A DNA stretch of 63,630 bases, counting the filler, from Vannella sp. (Eukaryota): NCBI GenBank assembly GCA_023345925.1. It is 6 parts of 6 records of this genome, joined end to end, with 100 filler letters (N's around TTAATTAATTAA, not from the genome) between each part and the next. Parts side by side here need not be neighbours in the genome. Positions count along the whole stretch, not along the records: positions 55,557 to 60,642 come from JAJQQN010000147.1; positions 60,743 to 63,630 come from JAJQQN010001261.1; 4 more parts are not named here. The stretch is one strand, 5' to 3'. Both the position numbers and the translations under genes were made by a program. The first letter of the stretch is position 1, and each line of letters begins with the position of its first letter. Of the stretch, positions 60,480-63,630 are shown piece by piece. The notes below the pieces were generated by a model. The model saw only the letters and a program-made list of their open reading frames with translations. It was not told the DNA's origin and made no database searches.

Positions 60480-60642
60480 GACGAGGAAAAAAAAGAATGA
60501 TTTGGTAGAAATGTTGATTGATGCACCTGAATTGGTGTTTTTGGGTGCGAGTCATCCAAACCAACGACGAGGTTGGTTGAAAGAGCGCAGTGGCTTTGGC
60601 TTCTTCGAGCTTTTCCAGAGCAAGCTCGAAGAAGCTCGTACT

Positions 60643-60742
60643 NNNNNNNNNNNNNNNNNNNNNNNNNNNNNNNNNNNNNNNNNNNNTTAATTAATTAANN
60701 NNNNNNNNNNNNNNNNNNNNNNNNNNNNNNNNNNNNNNNNNN
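60643..60742. other. Artificial contig linker
   Basis: N-run with central TTAATTAATTAA. Confidence 0.98.
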
Positions 60743-60754
60743 GTTCGATCGGCG

Positions 60755-61717
60755 ATGTTACGGAGAACCAGAAGCTTGCCAAAAGGAGACACTTTTCATT
60801 TAATACCCAAGTCCGGTGGAATAACGAACAACTCTTTCGCCGCCATGTTTGAAAGGAACCTCTCGAACTCTTCTTTTCAACAAAGGAAGCTGATAGTCTT
60901 TGATGATATAACCGTGGTGCCTTCTGCTAACATTGAGTGTTTGTTGTGCAAAGCTGCTGCTACAATTGAGGATAAGGATGGAACTCCTTCTCTCTCATGC
61001 GGACACCTTGAACAATGCAGTGAGTGTCGAGAATACCAAATAGAGAAGCTCTTCCGATGTCCTCAGTGCTGTGCCTCGATCCTTCACAAAACCCAAGATT
61101 TCTGCGGAGAAACCTGCGGAAGACGAGAGTTCACCCAGAAGTCCACCGCTCTTTGTTGTTTATGCAAGTCGCATCTACAGCGCGAGTGTAAGACTTGCAA
61201 GAAACAACCTTCTTTCAAGGCTGCAAAGAAGAGTTTGAAGAAGAAACTGTTTGTGCTAGTCAGGGCCCCCTGCACTGTTGGTCCTCACGACAATCGTCCT
61301 TGCTCTCACTATGCCCTTTGCAAGCACTGCAATACAAACGTGGCACGAGGGCACAAGGGTAACTCGGTATGCAAGACCTGCCGAAACTCTGGTGCCAATC
61401 TTTTTCCCTCAGCACCTGCGAGACCAGAGACAGCCAAGGCGAGTGAGTCGATCATCGTTCGGCCAGTGGAATCCCTCCCGGCTCTCAACAACTCCCATTA
61501 CCGCGCATCATCTCCACCACGAAAGAGGCAAAGAGCTTCAGAGCCCACCAACACGATCTCCTTCTATGACATCCCAACGATGGAAATTATGAGCTACTCT
61601 CCTCCTCCACAGAAGGGACCCTTAGTTTCGTCCTACTTCCAGGCCCTCTCTGATGCACTTCACCCTGCAACAGGCCTCCCAGTTGGGCAACCAATCCCTT
61701 CCATGTTCTTCTCCTGA
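60755..61717 (+). CDS. Cys-rich protein with one clear and one probable RING-like finger
   Basis: CLLC...SCGHLEQCSEC...CPQC and a second ...PCSHYALCKHC...CKTC cluster. It may be 5' incomplete at the contig start. Confidence 0.65.
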   Translation: MLRRTRSLPKGDTFHLIPKSGGITNNSFAAMFERNLSNSSFQQRKLIVFDDITVVPSANIECLLCKAAATIEDKDGTPSLSCGHLEQCSECREYQIEKLFRCPQCCASILHKTQDFCGETCGRREFTQKSTALCCLCKSHLQRECKTCKKQPSFKAAKKSLKKKLFVLVRAPCTVGPHDNRPCSHYALCKHCNTNVARGHKGNSVCKTCRNSGANLFPSAPARPETAKASESIIVRPVESLPALNNSHYRASSPPRKRQRASEPTNTISFYDIPTMEIMSYSPPPQKGPLVSSYFQALSDALHPATGLPVGQPIPSMFFS

Positions 61718-61784
61718 ACGCCTTCCTTGTAAAAAGATTGTATTCTATCGATGTACGATAAACTTGAGACGACTCTGCTCTCCG

Positions 61785-63373
61785 TTAAAAAGGGCGGGAA
61801 ACTTCTCTTCGTTTGGAAAGCTTCGAGGAGCGAATGGGCAGCTCCGTTGCCAATGCGTTGGTTCGCTTGTCGATAGATGCGTATTCGCGATCGTGCTCAC
61901 CAACGTAGATCTGCCGAGGGCGCGCAATCTTGCTCTCTTTGTCGTTCAGTTGCTCCAACCAGTGGGCCAACCACCCCACTGTACGGGGGATGGCGAACAG
62001 CACAGGGAACATGTCAGTGGGGAAGCCCATAGCTCGGTAGATCAGACCAGAGTAGAAGTCAACGTTGGGGTAGAGCTTCCGTGACACAAAGTAATCGTCC
62101 TCTCGCGCCTGCTTCTCCAGCTCGACAGCGACCTCAATGAGGGGCTCCTCTCCCATGATAGAGAACACTTCGTACGCGATGGATCGAATGATCTTAGCGC
62201 GTGGGTCGTAGTTGCGATAGATGCGATGACCAAAGCCCATGAGCAAGTTCTTCTTACTCTTAACGCCTTCAAGGAAGCCTGCGATGTTCTCCTTACAACC
62301 AATCTTCTCCAACATACGAAGGACAGCTTCGTTGGCTCCACCATGAAGAGGCCCGTACAAAGCAGACGCCGCTCCTGAGAGAGCTGGCCCAGGGTCAGTG
62401 CTGCGTCCTCAAAGGGAAGAACTTACCTGTGTAAGGATCCGTGTTGGCAGAAGCAATGTGGCGCATGGCAGAAGTTGAACAGTTGAACTCGTGGTCGGCA
62501 TGAAGGATGAACATGATGTCCAATGCCCTGGCCAGCCTCGGATTGGGTCGGAAAGCAGGTTCTTGAAGTCGATCAAGCATGAACAGGAAGTTCTCTGCGT
62601 AGCCCAAGTCGCTATTCGGTTCATTGAAAGGTCTTCCCACGCGGTGGCGGTACGCTCCAGCTGCAAGTGTAGTGACCTTGCCAATGAGACGAACGATCTG
62701 TTTGTTACGCATCTCCTCATCCTGGAAGACTTCCGAACCCTGAACCCACCTTTAGAACCGCCCACAAGCAGGGGGAAGAGGGCTGGCTCACCTGCAACGC
62801 TGGATTGCACTCGGGGTAGAAGGTTCCCATTGCAGCAATCGAGCTGATGAACATCCCCATAGGGTGTGAGTCGTAACGGAAGGTCTGCATGAGCTCAGAC
62901 ATGTTCTGGTGAATGTACGTGTGGCTCATAATCTTGGAGCGCCAATCGTCCATCTGGATCTATTCCCAGGTGTAAGTGGAGGAGCTCTAACGAGGAGAGG
63001 AACCAACGCGAGTGGGGAGGTCACCATAGATGAGGAGGTAGGCCACTTCAAGAAAGTTGGACCGTTCGGCGAGGACTTCGATGGGGTAGCCTCGATAGTT
63101 CAGGATGCCACGATCTCCATCAATGTAGGTGATAGAAGACCGCCCAGGAGCAGTATTAAAGTACCCAGGATCGTAAGAGATAATGCCCAGCTTGCCGAGA
63201 CTAGTGGCAGGGATCGACCCATCCTTGATAGGGACAGTCACAACCTGTCCAGTCCGGTTGTCACGAATTGAAAGACTCTCCTCCGCCTTCCCATCACCAT
63301 TCTTCTCCTCAACACCATCGCCCGTCTCGTTCGAGTGGCACAACTGCAAGGACACCGCGCGGAGCCTCTCCAT
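61785..63373 (-). CDS. Peroxisomal/glyoxysomal citrate synthase (4 exons)
   Basis: [47 protein letters not shown] and [10 protein letters not shown]-terminal PTS2 RLRAVSLQL. Confidence 0.95.
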
Positions 63374-63630
63374 CGGAAGGAATGCGCATTTCCAGTCCTT
63401 TTTGACTTTCTATTCGCTTTTGGGGTTTCTGGTCATTTTCATAATTATTTAGGAGCGGTTTGGAGTGGGCGGAGAAGGTTAGCAGAGCGGAGGATAGTTC
63501 TGATGTTAGTGCGGATGTGTGCTTCTCTGTGACAGATACGGCGGACGATGAAGAGGAGTATGAGGAAGAGAGGGAGTCTGAAATGGAGGAGCAGGTGAAG
63601 TCCCGCATTTTGGAGGTCTTCCGTGTTTGG

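Noticed and set aside
63430..63630. Gene start at the window end (acidic DDEEEYEEE frame on +)
   Set aside because: No start codon, and the strand cannot be established from the fragment.

Overview
Gene-dense eukaryotic nuclear DNA. It is six contigs joined by five artificial 100-nt N/TTAATTAATTAA linkers, so neighbours across a linker are not evidence of synteny. Amoebozoa is my best guess (inference, mainly from an FHA-PBZ-permuted-macrodomain APL gene and a PTS2 citrate synthase). Introns are short (mostly 40-65 nt, GT-AG) and intergenic gaps are often 15-120 bp. The ORF track therefore fragments or misses many genes; all gene models here were spliced by eye. About 45 protein genes are present, mostly housekeeping: SEH1, RNF5-like, DESI-PUL, TFB5, acetyl-CoA synthetase, HPS5-like, DPH1, NAE1, RPN9, COG3, RalGAP-alpha, RFC1, GTPBP1, LAMTOR3, RRP7, YAF9, UTP14, KDSR, HscB and citrate synthase. 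The most notable items, largely hidden from the ORF track, are: (1) a 90-aa stand-alone cortactin/HS1 N-terminal acidic (DDW) micro-protein; (2) selenoprotein S with a UGA-Sec codon and a clear SECIS; (3) two intronic C/D snoRNAs (U24-like and dual-guide SNORD110/U61-like) in an apparently non-coding host; (4) a putative pseudo-GTPase-RhoGAP-ankyrin protein that seems to need a GT-TG intron; (5) a membrane-anchored GTPBP1. No mobile elements or CRISPR arrays were seen. All family calls come from motif recognition, not database searches.
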